Under the pieces are notes generated by a model, which worked only from the letters and a program-made list of their open reading frames with translations, searched no databases and was not told the DNA's origin. This document shows positions 47,858-61,311 of a stretch of 64,000 bases of DNA, piece by piece. Within the stretch, counting starts at the first letter, position 1. Every line of letters begins with the position of its first letter. The position numbers were made by a program, and so were the translations under genes. This DNA is from Callorhinchus milii (Eukaryota), in NCBI RefSeq assembly GCF_018977255.1, contig NW_024704743.1, positions 101,496,001 through 101,560,000 of the forward strand, written 5' to 3'.

Positions 47858-49368
47858 CCCCCCCCCACACACACACACAAACACACAGACACATAAGCAG
47901 AACACAGACGAGAGAGAGTAATACAGACAGGAAGAAAGGAATGGGATCCAATCTGGACAAGCAGCAGGAATCTGCCCTGCGTGAGGGGCGTTATATTGTT
48001 GAAGAAGCTTGTCAGACAGTGTTTTGAATGGCAAGCTCTTGCCAACCTACATCTAATACTCTCTGAAATTAGGTAAACAGGATGCGTACTATGCAAAGAA
48101 GAAATGGGGTGTGTCCCACCCACAAACCACAGTTTCTTCATTTTATATTATATCCTCATAACAACACGGAGAGAGAGAGAGACGCACATTTAAAGAGGGA
48201 GTTAAAGATCCTATTGTACTATTCGAAAAGAGCAGTGTGTGAAGCATTTTGAGATGTCTTCCGAAAGTGAAAGGTGCTATACCAAATGTAGGAATTATTA
48301 TTATTGGAAGTACTGTGCCAAGCTGCCTACCGTGTTGCCAGCTAGGACCGCCCTACCTGTTATGGGTTTGGCTTGCAGGGTTAACAGGAGTTCAGTGGGA
48401 AGAATCCCTATTCCAGTGATTCGTCTTCTCTAAGTACTGTGGCTCAGGAACTGGACAACTAAGAGTGCCATATATGGTTGACTCGATTACGGCATTCTGT
48501 TGCTAAGAACGTCTCCTGGGAATCAGCTCAGCTCCTAGGAGATCCTGCTTATCAAACCTGTTCAGGTGGATGTTTATCAATCCCAGGCCGATATTCGCAC
48601 GGAATAGGGAATTCTTCCAGGCATCTGGCCAACAATCTTCCAGATAATTGTGTGTGAAGTGGTGCTGATCTTATAAGTGCCATATCAAATGCAAGAATTA
48701 TGTTATTGAAATTGTTATCTTAAAAATGCACCTAGAAACCAGAAGATGGCACTGTGCAACAGGACTAGTGTTCGAACAAGTTAGCTCACCCCTTTACTGT
48801 TCAAAACTGGCAAAAATGGGTGGGATTTTGCATCATGTCACCAAGTTCAGTAATAGTAGGATTAGAAATAATAATTAAAAAAGGGATTGTGGCTTTTTTT
48901 TTGTAAGGTGAAGTAGTGGTTAATTCATGGCTGTTGCCTTTGCCTACAAAATGCTGTCACTACACTTTAAAGTGAGTGCCTTGAGATGTCTGTCTGGTGT
49001 GAAAAACACAGTCATTGCACTTTACAGTGTATCCTGTGAAGTGTTTTGTGATGTCCTCCAAGCGTGAAAGTTGTTCACCAACCGTTAAGCTTTTTTTAAA
49101 AAAAAGATGACCGATTTTGACAAAATTGCCTCAAGAGTCTTTACCCAGAACTTGAGCATTTATGTAAAAAATGCAACATTGTAATTGAATTCACTAAAAT
49201 ATGAAATTCACCAGAAGGTGGTCTGGTTTGCGGTCAGGATTGTGTTTTCTCAGAAAAGCAGAAAATTGGAATTTTTTCGCAACTAACTTTGTATCTCAGT
49301 ACCCCAGTCATTCAGAACTTAGTAACTTATCACATAAATTGTTGACATCTATTACAGTTTGATGTATC

Positions 49369-49775
49369 AACCTGGCTCAGTTGGTAGCATTCTCTCTTCG
49401 GAGTCAGATGTTGGTGAATTCAGGCACCATGTCAGGCCTTTGAACTCACATAATCTAGATGCCGCTCCAATGTAGTGCCGGAGTGGGCTGCGCTCTTGGA
49501 GGTGCTCTCCTTCGGATGAGATGTTAAACCGAAGTCCTGTCTGCCTGTGTAGATGGATGTTAAAGATCCTGTAGCACTATTCAAAAATAGAGAATTTCTC
49601 CCAGTGGCCTGGCTGATAACCCACCAAATAAAATTTGTCATTTACTTCAAGGCAGTTTGTCGAACATTGCTGTGTGTAAGTTGGCTGCCACGGTTCGCCA
49701 ACAAGTTACACAGTCATTGAACTTTACAGGATATCCTGTGAAGCACTTTGAGATATCCTCCCAATGTGAAAGAGA
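49369..49775 (+). mobile_element. SacSINE1-like DeuSINE
   Basis: cctggctcagttggtagc head, body and Deu core. Confidence 0.85.
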
Positions 49776-49811
49776 ACATAATCATCCATCATCCCCAACA
49801 TTTCTCTAGAT

Positions 49812-50378
49812 TGGTGGCACCGCCTTCCATCACCTCCGAAACATCGCCAGACTACGGCACGACCTCACCCCTCACGCTACTGCAACACTGGTACACACCT
49901 TTATCACCTCAAGGCTGGACTATGGGTACTCTCTCCTCGCCGGCCTTCCCGACACCTCCCTCCACAAGCTGCAGGTCATTCAGAGCTCGTGTACTGTCCC
50001 GCACCAGGCTTCGGGACCACATCACTCCCACCCTCGCTCGCCTCCACTGGCTCCCCATCCCCCAGAGGATCGAATTCAAGATCCTCATCCTCACCTACAA
50101 GGCCATTCACGGCCTTGCTCCCTCCTACCTCTCCGACCTACTATCCCCTACTTACCTGCCCGTACCCTCCGTTCCTCTGTCTCCGGTCTGCTCCACATCC
50201 CCCGCCCCAACCGCCCTACCATTGGTGGTCGGGCCTTCAGCCTCTCAGCCCCGAGGCTCTGGAACTCCATCCCCCAGTGCCTTCGCCGCCTCCTCCCTTT
50301 CCTCCTTCAAGGCCGGTCTCAAGACCTTTCTCTTTGACCGTGCCTTCAGCTCCCCTCTCGACTCTCTACCCCTTCCTC
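49812..50378 (+). mobile_element. Young L2 3' fragment lacking its tail
   Basis: [33 protein letters not shown]. Confidence 0.92.
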
Positions 50379-51411
50379 ACTGTTCAATGTTTGTAGATTA
50401 AACATTTTGAACAACGCATTTTCTTTGTTTGCCGACAACTCTCAGAAAGAAAATTTTGGTGATGTCACCTACAAAGTATACAGTCAATTCACTTTACAGC
50501 ATATTCTGTGAAGTGCTTTTGAGACGTCTTGAAGACATGATGAGTCGCTATATCAAATGCAAGGATTATTATTATGTTATAGTTGGTTGTGCTATTGTAG
50601 ATTTGTCAATCTATTGACCGATGCTACGTATTTTTGTGTATGTGAGGGAAACATTGTTTCAGTGTATGTGTTCTTTTTAAGAAAAAGGAAAGGAATACCT
50701 ACTGCATGTGATCTGGGAGTGCCCAGAAACTCAAATCTTCCGAGAGACTTGTTGGTGAGCTTATCCGTCTGTGGCTGGTGTTCAAAAGCTGTATCTTTAT
50801 CTTGTGACAGTTTTATGTACAGCTATAACGTCAGTTTACCTTTACATAGTGCCTTTCACGTCAGGAAGATGTCTCAAAGTACTTCACAATTGGGACCCCG
50901 AACTGGGGGAGGAGCTAAGGAAACGGGCAGAGTTGAGAGGAAAGGTGTCCCAAACCATGCTCAGAAAGGAAGTTAACGGTGGCTTTTGAAGCTGGTGCGG
51001 AGGGGCAAGATGAAGGCACTTCAGGATAGAGTTCCAGAGAACGGGGGTAGAATGGCTGTAAGCTCACTCTCTTATCAGTGGGAATGCCATGTGTAGCTGG
51101 TATATTTCAAACTCGATGGACATAAAATCCCAAAGAAAGCTAGTCAGGAAAATGGCTTCAATAACCTGGGTCATCTCCTGATGGATGGCACGATTGTGGT
51201 AGTTCATTGTAAATGCTTCATTAAGCTTTCTGTTTGCACTGTCTTCATTTTCGATGTCTCAATCATATGGTTTGTCTCTCTTTTGAGAGAAGAATATAAA
51301 TTGCGGAAGTCACTTCTAGCAAGGTTTGTGCCTCGATACCCCGATGTCAACATTTTTTTCTCCCCTCCACACTTCTAACATGTTTTATATTTTCTTTCCT
51401 CTGGCACACAG

Positions 51412-51446
51412 TTTGGAACAGTCGATCCTATGCATCCTGGTCAAGG
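51412..51446 (+). other. Candidate + strand exon (end 51446, or alternatively 51624)
   Basis: Branch-like CTAAC ~51375, pyrimidine tract and cacag| acceptor; donors AGG|gtgggc or GAG|gtgaag. Confidence 0.3.
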
Positions 51447-51744
51447 GTGGGCTAGTAATTCAAGGAATCCCCAGTAGAAGCACAATGGAGGGTGCTTGTT
51501 AAGAGCTGCCACAACTCCATCCTCATCACAGCAGCTGGGAATATTGGAGTCTGCTTCAAATTGCCTGGAGAAAATAAGATCCACGTTTGAACCTTGCTGC
51601 CTGGAGTTGACATGAAATGACGAGGTGAAGGAAGTGGACAATATTTATTATGAGTTACATTTACATAGTGTCTTTGATGTTGGTAGGATGTCTGAAACCG
51701 CCTTACACTGCAGGCTGGGCACCCGATCTGGGGTGGGGGAAATA

Positions 51745-52840
51745 ACACCACCACCACCAAAATGACATTAGTAAAACGCCTTTCACGTCAGGAGGACGTT
51801 CCAAGGCGCTAGACAGACAGAGTTACGGACCCGAGCTGGGGGTTGGGCTGGAGGAGGGTGGAGGGCAGGGGGGGAAGCAGGGAGATCGAAAGCACGGTCG
51901 AAGAGGAGGGTCTTGAGATGGGTCTTGAAAATGACATCGGAGGGGGCGAGGTGGAGGGATTGCGGGATGGTGTTTCAGCGGGTGGGGGCAGATTAGCGGA
52001 AGCCCGCCAGCCAATGGTGGGGCGAGCGAAGCAGGGGACATGAAGCAGGCCAGAACCCGCTGAGCTGAGGGAGCGAACAGGATGGTGGGTTGGGAGGTCA
52101 CAGAGATAGGGGGGAGCAAGACCGTGGAGGGCTTTGAAGGTGAGGACCAGGATCTTGAACTGTATCCTTTGTGTGATGGGAAACCAATGGAGTTGGGTAA
52201 GGATGGGGGTGATAGGACCGTGGGCTGCAGAGTTCTGGATGATCTACAGCCTGTGGATGGAGGAGTTGGGGAGGCTGACAAGCAATGAGTTTGCTTAGTC
52301 GAGCCTCGATGTAATGAATGCGTGTATGAAGGTTTCAGCGGCCTGCGGTGTGAGACAGCGGTGGAGCTGGGCGATGTTGTGGAGATGGGGGAAGGCAGAG
52401 CGGGTCATGGTGCAGATGTGGGGTAGAAAAAATAGTTGAGGGTCAAACAAGACCCCAAGGTTCCGGACTGACTTAGCAAGATGGAGTGTGCAACCACGGA
52501 TGGTGATGCTGTCAGCGCCTGAGGTGAGGAGCCAATCAGGAGAACCTCGGTCTTGTTGACATTCAACTGGAGAAGTTAGGTCTCATCCAGGACTTGATGT
52601 CCGACAGACATTCAGTCAGGACAGCAGTGGTCTTAGAGTCAAGGGTGGAGGCAGAGATGTAGAGTTGGGTGTCATCCGCATACATGTGGAAGTTGACCCC
52701 ATGTCTGCAGATGATGTCACCAAGAGGGAGCATATAGACATTGAAGAGGAGGGGACCAAGGATAGAGCCCTGAGGAATGCCGCACGAGACAGTCTGGAGG
52801 CTCGAGGAGAAACCGTTTGTGGAGATGAAGTGCAAGTGAT
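51745..52840 (-). mobile_element. L2 3' fragment, degenerate
   Basis: [22 protein letters not shown]. Confidence 0.93.
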
Positions 52841-52907
52841 GACCTAAAGGGGTCAGAGAGGCAAGCTTTAAAACTGGTATTTTATGCTGAAAGAAATCTA
52901 ACTTTAG

Positions 52908-53345
52908 GTGTCAGCCTAGCTCAGTTGGTAGCACTTTGATTATGTAATCAGAAGGTTGTGTGTTCACGCCCCAAATTGGGACTTTGAACTCGCAATCAAA
53001 AAGAGAGGTGGCACCATTTTAAGCTTGTGGTGCTGGGGAAGTGCTGAATTGTTGAAGATGCCCCCATTAAATGAGACTGTTTTACCTATTAGTGTGGATG
53101 TTAAAGGTTGCATGGCAGTATTCCAAATTACAAGGGAGTTGCTCCCTGTGTCTTGGCGAACTAGTCCCCAGATAATAATGCTCACTCACTTTGGCTGTTT
53201 GTGGGACATTGCTGTGCGCAAATTGTCTACTTTGCTTGCTTACAAAAATATGCAATCGCTGCACTTTACATTAGAATCTTGTTCAGTGCTTTGTACTTTC
53301 TATGTGCCAAGGTGCTATATGAAATTCAAGGAGTATTATTATTAT
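52908..53345 (+). mobile_element. SacSINE1-like DeuSINE
   Basis: gtgtcagcctagctcagttggtagcac head, Deu core and tail. Confidence 0.85.
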
Positions 53346-54307
53346 CAGCATTACTTTTATTTTATGGTTCTGGAGTCCCAAGATCTGATGTGAAACAGGA
53401 GATGCTCTTTTTACAATGCTTCTGGAGACCATCTGTGGCCAATGACATCCTATATACACCTAAGCGTTACAAGATTCTACTACTACAGAAGGGTACTATA
53501 TTAATGTAAATTGTTGTTAATGTACGCTTGTCAACAAATACACAGTCACTACACTTTATAGTAAATCCTGTAAAGCACTTTGGGATGATGTGATAAAGCA
53601 CTATATCAAATAGAAGTATTAGTATTTAACATAATTCATAAAGATTGTAGTGACATCAGGGCAAATAATGCACACAAGAGCATAATGCATAAGCCATTAA
53701 ATGCACAAGACAAGCCAACAATGTTATTTTTGTGATCACTGCAAAGCAAATAATGATTAGTAGAGGCTGGCAGATGGGACTGAAATGAGCTGAAATGTTT
53801 GCACAAGGTCTTTATGTAGTTGTGCTATTGATCTTTGACAAGCAGAGATCATTAAACATTCTAACGATGGTGTGTGCGAACATCTTCATGTTACTGCGAC
53901 GTTTGCACGATAATGTCAAGATGCCGCAGTTTGCTCCCACCCATCACCTTTTCACTTATCGACCTGACCTATAGATCGGTGATCGCTGATCAGGAAAGTT
54001 AAATTCTCCATCCTGGTCTGACCACTCCAGCAATTGCTCTTTTGAAAACAAAGCTGGTGTAACCGCCAGCCTACAGCAGGTTTATGGTCATCCTCCAGTT
54101 TCAGCTAAACCTGTTTTTCAGATATTTTTGCATCTTGTGTTGTGATACAGCGGAGCCCAGGTATTTACAGTCAATAGGTTACAATGAGTGAAGTTCCACT
54201 GTCTCGTGTTTAGGATTTTCTGTTAACATGTAATTATTTCAAGCTAATAACACCCTGGATTTCTTATCATGCTTTTTGAACATCAGCACAACAGTACATG
54301 TCACATA

Positions 54308-54545
54308 GAATAATAATAATCTGTGCATTTGGTATAGCGCCTTATCACATCATCGAGATCTCTCAAAGCACTTCACAGGATATACTGTAAAGTGGATTGA
54401 CTGTATATTTTGTGGATGAAACGCGGCAACTAGATGCTCACACAATGTCCTACAAACAGCCATGGAGTGAGTGACCAATTTTATTTGGGGGATTGTTGGC
54501 CAGGACATTGGGAAAAACTCCCTTCTCCTTTCGAATAGTGCCAAA
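54308..54545 (-). mobile_element. Truncated Deu SINE
   Basis: Tail and Deu core in reverse complement. Confidence 0.85.
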
Positions 54546-54584
54546 TAGGGTCTTGGTGTAATCTCTCATCCGAAGTACATAGAA

Positions 54585-54805
54585 GATAAACAGGTCATTC
54601 GCTCCCACAAGCCTGTGCCGGTGTTTATACTCCACACGAGCTTCCACCCCTCCTAATTCCCTTTTCTCCTTTCTCCCTCATGTATGCTTGTGAGGCATAC
54701 ATGAGGGAGAAGGGGATATAAGGGTATAGGAGGGGGATTAAGAAGGGTGGAGACTCGTGTGGAGTATAAGCACCAGCACAGACTAATTAGGCCAAATGGC
54801 CTCTC
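54585..54805. repeat. Foldback inverted repeat made of two head-to-head CR1-type 3' ends
   Basis: Perfect 17-bp stem 54671-54687/54695-54711 with a 7-nt loop, plus outer imperfect arms. Confidence 0.85.
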
Positions 54806-54896
54806 TTTGCTTTATTAATGCCATATTGAAATGACCGGATCCACCCACATTATTGCTGGAAAAGCTAAGATCAGTCCAGAATGAGCAGATATGTTG

Positions 54897-55296
54897 TTCG
54901 AATTCAAGATCCTCATCCTCGCCTGCTCCCTCCTACCTCTCTGACCTGCTATCCCCCTACTTACCTGCCCGTACCCTCCGTTCCTCTGGCTCCGGTCTGC
55001 TCCACATCCCCCGCCCCAACCGCCCTACCATCGGTGGCCGGGCCTTGGAACTCTATCCCCCAGTGCCTTTGCCGCTTCCTCCCTTTCCTCCTTCAAGGCC
55101 GGTCTCAAGACCTTTCTCTTTGACCGAGCCTTCAGCTCCCCACTCGACGCTCTAACCCCCTCCTCGCTCCCTCCTTTCCCCCCCTTCACCCTGACCATTT
55201 CCCCCCTACTCGGGTCCTGACCCAACTGTACAGCGCCTTGGGACGTCCTCCCGACGTGAAAGGCGCTCTATAAATGGAATCTTCTTGTTGTTGTTG
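54897..55296 (+). mobile_element. Young L2 3' fragment
   Basis: Tail cagcgccttgggacgtcctcccgacgtgaaaggcgctctataaatggaatc followed by (ttg)n. Confidence 0.93.
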
Positions 55297-55303
55297 CTCT
55301 CTT

Positions 55304-55615
55304 GGTCAGGCAGCATCTATGGAGAAAGGAAAGTGAGTGAATGTTTCGAGTCCACGACCCTTCGTCAGAACTGGGGCATGTTGGGAGGGAGAGGCTTTTG
55401 AGGGCTAACAGAGAGGGGGGAGGCAGGGCAAGGAAGAAAATGGGGTAAAGGATGGGGGATGGTGGGTTAAAGAAGTGTTAATGATGCAAAACACAGGGGG
55501 TATTGCAACAAAACAGGGAAAAGGGGGTGTTATTTCTCCCCCCCCCCCCTTTGTTTTGTACTAACAAAACAATCCTTTTTTTTCAGATTTCCAGCATTGC
55601 AGTATTTCACTTTTG
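55304..55615. mobile_element. Penelope-like terminal-repeat remnant
   Basis: ggtcaggcagcatctatggaga..tgtttcgagtccacgacccttcgtcagaac and cagatttccagcattgcagta resemble chondrichthyan Penelope-derived repeats. Recognised from memory, not searched. Confidence 0.5.
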
Positions 55616-56746
55616 CCTGTTTTCTCGTCTGGTTGTTTAGTGTCTCTGATTTCTCTGATGGTTAACTCGCTTTCTTCATAATATTTTTATTTGACCTCGC
55701 TGTGAAAGCATTGGTTATGATATCCGTAGATAACTGGTACTTTCTGGTTTCTCTGTTTCCACTGTTTGTTGTGCGTTGAATTATCCCTTGTCATTAAAAA
55801 CCTGAGCTACCGGAAATAATGTAAGCAAAGTTTGAATAATCTTGCACATTATATGTTTTGTAAATACCAGCCTCATTATCATGTTTTTTAGGGAAAACAG
55901 GCTTCCAGTTTTTTTTCTCAAATGTGGTGGGAAGAAGTTCCACCTGGTAGATTGCGCTGCGACTCTGGTCATGAGATTTGGATACTTTAGATAGTTATTG
56001 TGGCCATGAGCCAAATGCCTCATTCCAATCTTAATTTTTGTCTTAGACTGGAATCTCATTGTTTAGGATACATGTGGGAGACAGGATTTGCTTTCCATAC
56101 TTAGGTTAGTGTTGAGGTATGTGGTGGACTGGTCCAGGCACGCCATGCACAATGGCTGATGTGCTGTATTATTTGTTACAAGCTATTACTTGTTTGTCGT
56201 AACAGCTGTTAACAATATTGGAGTCACTTTGCAGGGTTACCTGTAAAGAATGAGGATTATGCTTAGAAAAGGAGGATTTACAATAGAGTTTTGAGAGTTA
56301 GAAAAGGAATGTATTTTTCTTCAATGACATCGTAGAGAAGCTTTCTCAGGTGTTGGTGCTATTGTACACAGAGCACATGTTAGGCAACACATTGCATACA
56401 GATATACACATTATGTTTTTAGTGGTTGCTTACGTATGTGTAAAAAAAGGGAATTGTTTACATTGCAAATGTATTTTACTACTACAAAACTGTAGGAGAG
56501 TTTGAACTGAAAATTTATGCAGAAGTAGAAGGGTTGAATCCTATTTGTGTGTCATTGTCATAATTTGTACTTGAGTATGCATGAACTTTGTACATGTTGT
56601 GGAACGAGAGATTTGCTCCTCTGCACCTGGCTTCCTTACCGAGGGCTCGCTAATCAAGGTCAGATGAAGTTCGAAGATTTTTCAGACATTCTTAAATAGG
56701 GATTAAATGAAGAGAAGTAGTCTCTGATTTATTTTCCGCCTCCCAG

Positions 56747-56791
56747 TCCAAAAAACTTAATATCAGTGTGGCAGATCAGTTTATGTAGATG
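56747..56791 (+). other. Candidate 45-nt + strand exon ending in ATG
   Basis: ctgat branch, ttattttccgcctcccag| acceptor and consensus ATG|gtgagt donor. Confidence 0.4.
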
Positions 56792-59039
56792 GTGAGTAAG
56801 ATTGTTCAATTCCAAATCCAGTAGTGTGCATCGACAGGTTGGTTACTTTACATCACCAACAACTTGCGTTTACAGGTAAATACGCATAAGTTATCTTGTT
56901 CCAGATCATATAATTGCCTAAATCATACATGCACCCGAGTCCCATTCATTTTCTAACCAAAAAAAATTTGGTTTCTTCATAAATTGTAACAGTCTCTTGG
57001 TCTCAAATAATCCCAAATAATTCTAAATCCTAATGCAAATCAATTCCTAATTCACATTGCCGAACTGCTAGCTGCATTGATGAAACACCGCTTGCACACT
57101 TAGTGCTGCGTTTGAAACAAGTGCGGGAAACGCGGTCTTGGGGCATCACGCTGTCACAAACGACAAACAAAACTTTGCGTGAATCGTATTATGTCATTCA
57201 ATGTGACTCATGTGAGTTTGTCGGTAACTCAGACTTCTTGTAAGTCATATTGACTGTTATAGTTCTGACTGATACGATTTATACGAGTTTAACTGCATAT
57301 AATAGTCTTCATTGAGGATAACGACTCAGAGAACGCTTCACAATGATGGGTTCGGACACCGAGGCAAGGAAGGGGGATGGTGACTATAGACGCGCTTGAA
57401 GAGAATTTGCTGACCCGGGTGCTGCTCCAGAGGAAAGAAAGCCACCTGGGGATGTGGTGATAAGTGTCTCTGGAGGTGGGAATAGCGTCGTATTTATACA
57501 AGGTGACACCCCCTCACCCCACCCACCCACCTAGAAATACCAGGTCAGGTCACAACAGAGAATTAAATTAATGTAAGATCTGCCAGATTCCTCCAGCACT
57601 TGGAAAAGAGAATCTTTATTGCAACATCCGGTGGCATGCAGGTGGAAGGTGGGAAGAAGTTTGAGTTTTCTTGGGGAGTGACAGAGAGAGACAGAGCAGT
57701 GAACTTTGGATGAATACACAGCCATGTAATCATCTGCTTAAATATATTCAAGAATCACAAAATGAACCTAAGGCCCCAGGCAAAAGTCTAAAGGTTGGGA
57801 TCATATTGATAAGATGTTCTTTGAAGTGAATCCACATGTTGGAAAATGAGCTCTAACTTAGGAACAATATAGTGATTTTTATAAAAAGATGTTTAAAGTG
57901 GAACTTCTGTCTACCCCAGGGCTATTAATGGACAATGGGAACAAATCAATCAGCTGTTTGTAGTGCAGAGTCAAGCAATCAGTATTCAAAGGAACATTCA
58001 GGCATCTCTTAACTGCTTGAATAGATGAACCAAAGATCCAGTAGTGTACATCTCCGCTGTAACTCCCATGACTTTAAAGGTAAGTCTTTCCACGAAACAT
58101 GAGCCGCATTTAAAAGCTCAAAAAGATAAAAGATTCTCTTGCCTTAGTTACAGTATACTTTTCACCCTGCAATTTCTGAGGCAAGATTTGAAGACAGAGT
58201 ATTGCAATATCGGTAATTATTCTTGGCCACAAAATACACACAGTAACACCACTTTACAGTATATTATGTGTAGTGCTTTGAAATGTCTTAACGATATGAT
58301 TGACTCAATGACAAGCACTCTTAGGCACTATGCTAAACGAAGGGTGTTATATCATTGATAAGACAACATGACTGTCATCTTTAACTTCGCAGAGCTGAGC
58401 TTTGTATTAAATCCTTGCATCAAATGCAAGGATTATTATTATACTATATTATTATTAGTTTATGATAGTGATATTTAAATCTTTAGATTTTTTAAATGAC
58501 ATTATAAAAAATATACTCTTGTGTGTAATCAAAATCTGTACAATCTGTTTTTAACAAAGAATGAAATTCCAACTTTAAGAAAGTAAGCACAAGCTGTGTT
58601 CAAATCATTTATTTTCAAAACAATACTCCCATTCATAGGACTTGCTTTTGCCCATCCATCTTTGGTGACCAGTGGCTACATTGTGATATTGGGAGGCTCA
58701 GCTTTCTCAAGTACACAATGTGCGTCAAGCTCTCCCATCAGGTTTTGGTGTAACTACTTGAAATTCTGGAATGTAATTGTGGAGGAATGGATGGTATTGC
58801 TCCATACCTGGCCAAGCTCAGGTAGCTCTCTCACCCACAGGTCAGAAAATTGCAAGTCCAAGCCTGACTGCTATATTGTCAGAGGTACAAATTTGACACA
58901 AAGCACAGGTACATGGAAGTTAAAGATCCCGTGACACTGTTTAAAAAGAGAAGGGAGTTTCTTCTGCTGACTTGGCCAAGAGACCTCAAGGTTGTTTATG
59001 GGGCAATGTTGTCCGCACATTAGCTGCGGTGTTTGCCTA

Positions 59040-60262
59040 AAACAACATCAACAAATTACATTTGTATAGCGCCTTTCACATCAGGAGGACATCCCAAGGC
59101 ACTGGACAGTCAGGGATCCATACCCGAGCTGGTGGTTGGGATCAGGAACCCTGGTGGGTGGGGAGGGTACAGTTAGGAGGATGACCGAAGATCGAAGAGG
59201 AGGGTCTTGAGACAGGTTTTGAAGGAGGCAAGGGAGTGGGTGAGGCGGAGGGACTGGAGTTCCAGAGAGTGGGGGCAGAGTGGCTGAAGGCCTGACTGCC
59301 GATGGTGGGGTGGGCAAGACTGGGGGTGTGAAGCAGGCCGGAGCCCACTGAGTAGAGGGAACGGACAGGTTGGTAGAGGGTTAGGAGGTCACAGTAGTAG
59401 GGAGGAGTATGGCTGTGGAGGGCTTTGAAGGTGAGGACCAGGATCTTGAACTGTATCCTCTGAGTGATGGGGAGTCGGGGTAGGATGGGGGTGATAGGAT
59501 CATGGAGCCTAGAGTGGGAGAAGACATGGGCTGCAGACTTCTGGATTATCTGCAGCCTATGGAGGGAGAGTTGGAGAGGCTGACAAGCAGGGAGTTTGTG
59601 TAGTCGAGCCTGGATGTGATGAATGGGTGGATGATGGTCTTGGTGGCCTGTGGTGGGAGTCAGTGGCAGAGCAGGGCGATGTTGCGGAGGTGGGGAAAGG
59701 CGGAGCGGGACTTGGCATGGATGTGGGGCATGAAGGACAATTGAGGGTCGAACAGGATGCTGAGGTTCCGTATTGGCTCTGTGAGGTGTAGAATGCATCC
59801 ATGAAAGGTGATGCTGTCAGCGCCTGATGTGTGGAGGCGATGATGGGAGCCAAGCAGGAGGGCTTGTTGACATTCAACTGGATAAAGTTAGCTCTCATCC
59901 CGGACTTGATGTCCGACAGGCAATCTGTATGGACAGCAGTGGTCCTGGAGTCGAGGGTGGAGGCAGTTGGGTATTATCCGCATACATGTGGAAATTGTCT
60001 ACTACAGATGATGTCACGAAAGGGGAGCATGTAGATGTTGAAAATGAGGGAACCAAGGACAGAGCCCTGAGGGATGCCACAGTGATGGTGCGGGGACTGA
60101 AGGAGAAGATGCTATTGGAGACAGTGGGAGAGATAGGATTTGAACCCGGCAAGGGCAGGTCCGTGAAGCTGAGAAGAGAGGTGGTGGAGGAGGATAGAAT
60201 GGTCAACAGTGTCAAAGACAGCAGAGAGATCGAGGAGGACAAGGAAGCAGAGAGAGGGAGCT
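59040..60262 (-). mobile_element. L2 3' fragment, degenerate
   Basis: NFHMYADNTQL and ITQRIQFKILVLTFKALH; tail. Confidence 0.92.
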
Positions 60263-61311
60263 TCATTTTATATATACCACTACACTTTACAGATATTTGC
60301 TGTGAAGCACTAGGATACATTTCAATAGTGCTAAATACAAGGGATATTATTATATACTCCATTTATCAGTGAGGCTTTACAGTCTAATCTTCCAGTCTAA
60401 TTCTTGTACAGCAGCAGCAAAAGAAAATGCAAAGAGTGTGTAGAGTATCAAGTATCGCTCACGAAGTCTTTGCCAAAACTGCTGGCCAAGATGCATTGTG
60501 TGGACTCCTCAGGCTGCAGAAGGCATTAGGATTATCTGTGACTTACACAAACTGTAACTCTCAACTTAACTTACTGGCTGGCTCAGCGGTTGTCTGGTAG
60601 GGGAGCACAATTTATTTCACCGATTTGGACAGTGTTAATAAAGATTGATTATCTTCAAAGGGAGCTTTGGCGAAGACCATCTTGACCTCTGCATTAAGAG
60701 GCAATATTATACCACTTGAAGCTTTGATTCTAAACACTACTTTGCCAGTGATGGAGCTTCTTTCTCTGACATGTATCTTGTTGATACTGATCCTGTCTCA
60801 AGGCAAGTCACAGAATCTCAAAAAATGTTTCAGCCCCATTGAATGCCTACTTCCAGAATACCCATCCTTCCATCTTCCCATGACTGATTTGAGTGCTATC
60901 TTCAGTGAGTCCAGTATCCTTGCCTCTTCCACCCTTACTGGAAACATTTTCAGCTCTGTGTAAACACTTTACCATGCCTAAAATTCATGGTGTCTGCACT
61001 CTGCTACGGGGAAGAGCTATATTGTTGGAGATGTCATCCTTCAGAAGAGATGGTTAACCGAGATCTCTTCTGCCTGATCAAGAAGGTACAAAGATCCCAT
61101 AGGATACTTGAAAAGAAATGGGAGTTTCTCCCAATATCCAGGACAACAGGTCTCCAGATAAAACTGATCGTTCACTTCATGGCTCTTTGTGGACATTAAA
61201 AACAGTGATCAAATTTACCTGTTATTTTTTCATCAAACATTGACTGTATATTTCACCCCAAAATTTACAATCAATTCACTTTACAGTAAATTGGACAGTG
61301 CAGACTTATAG

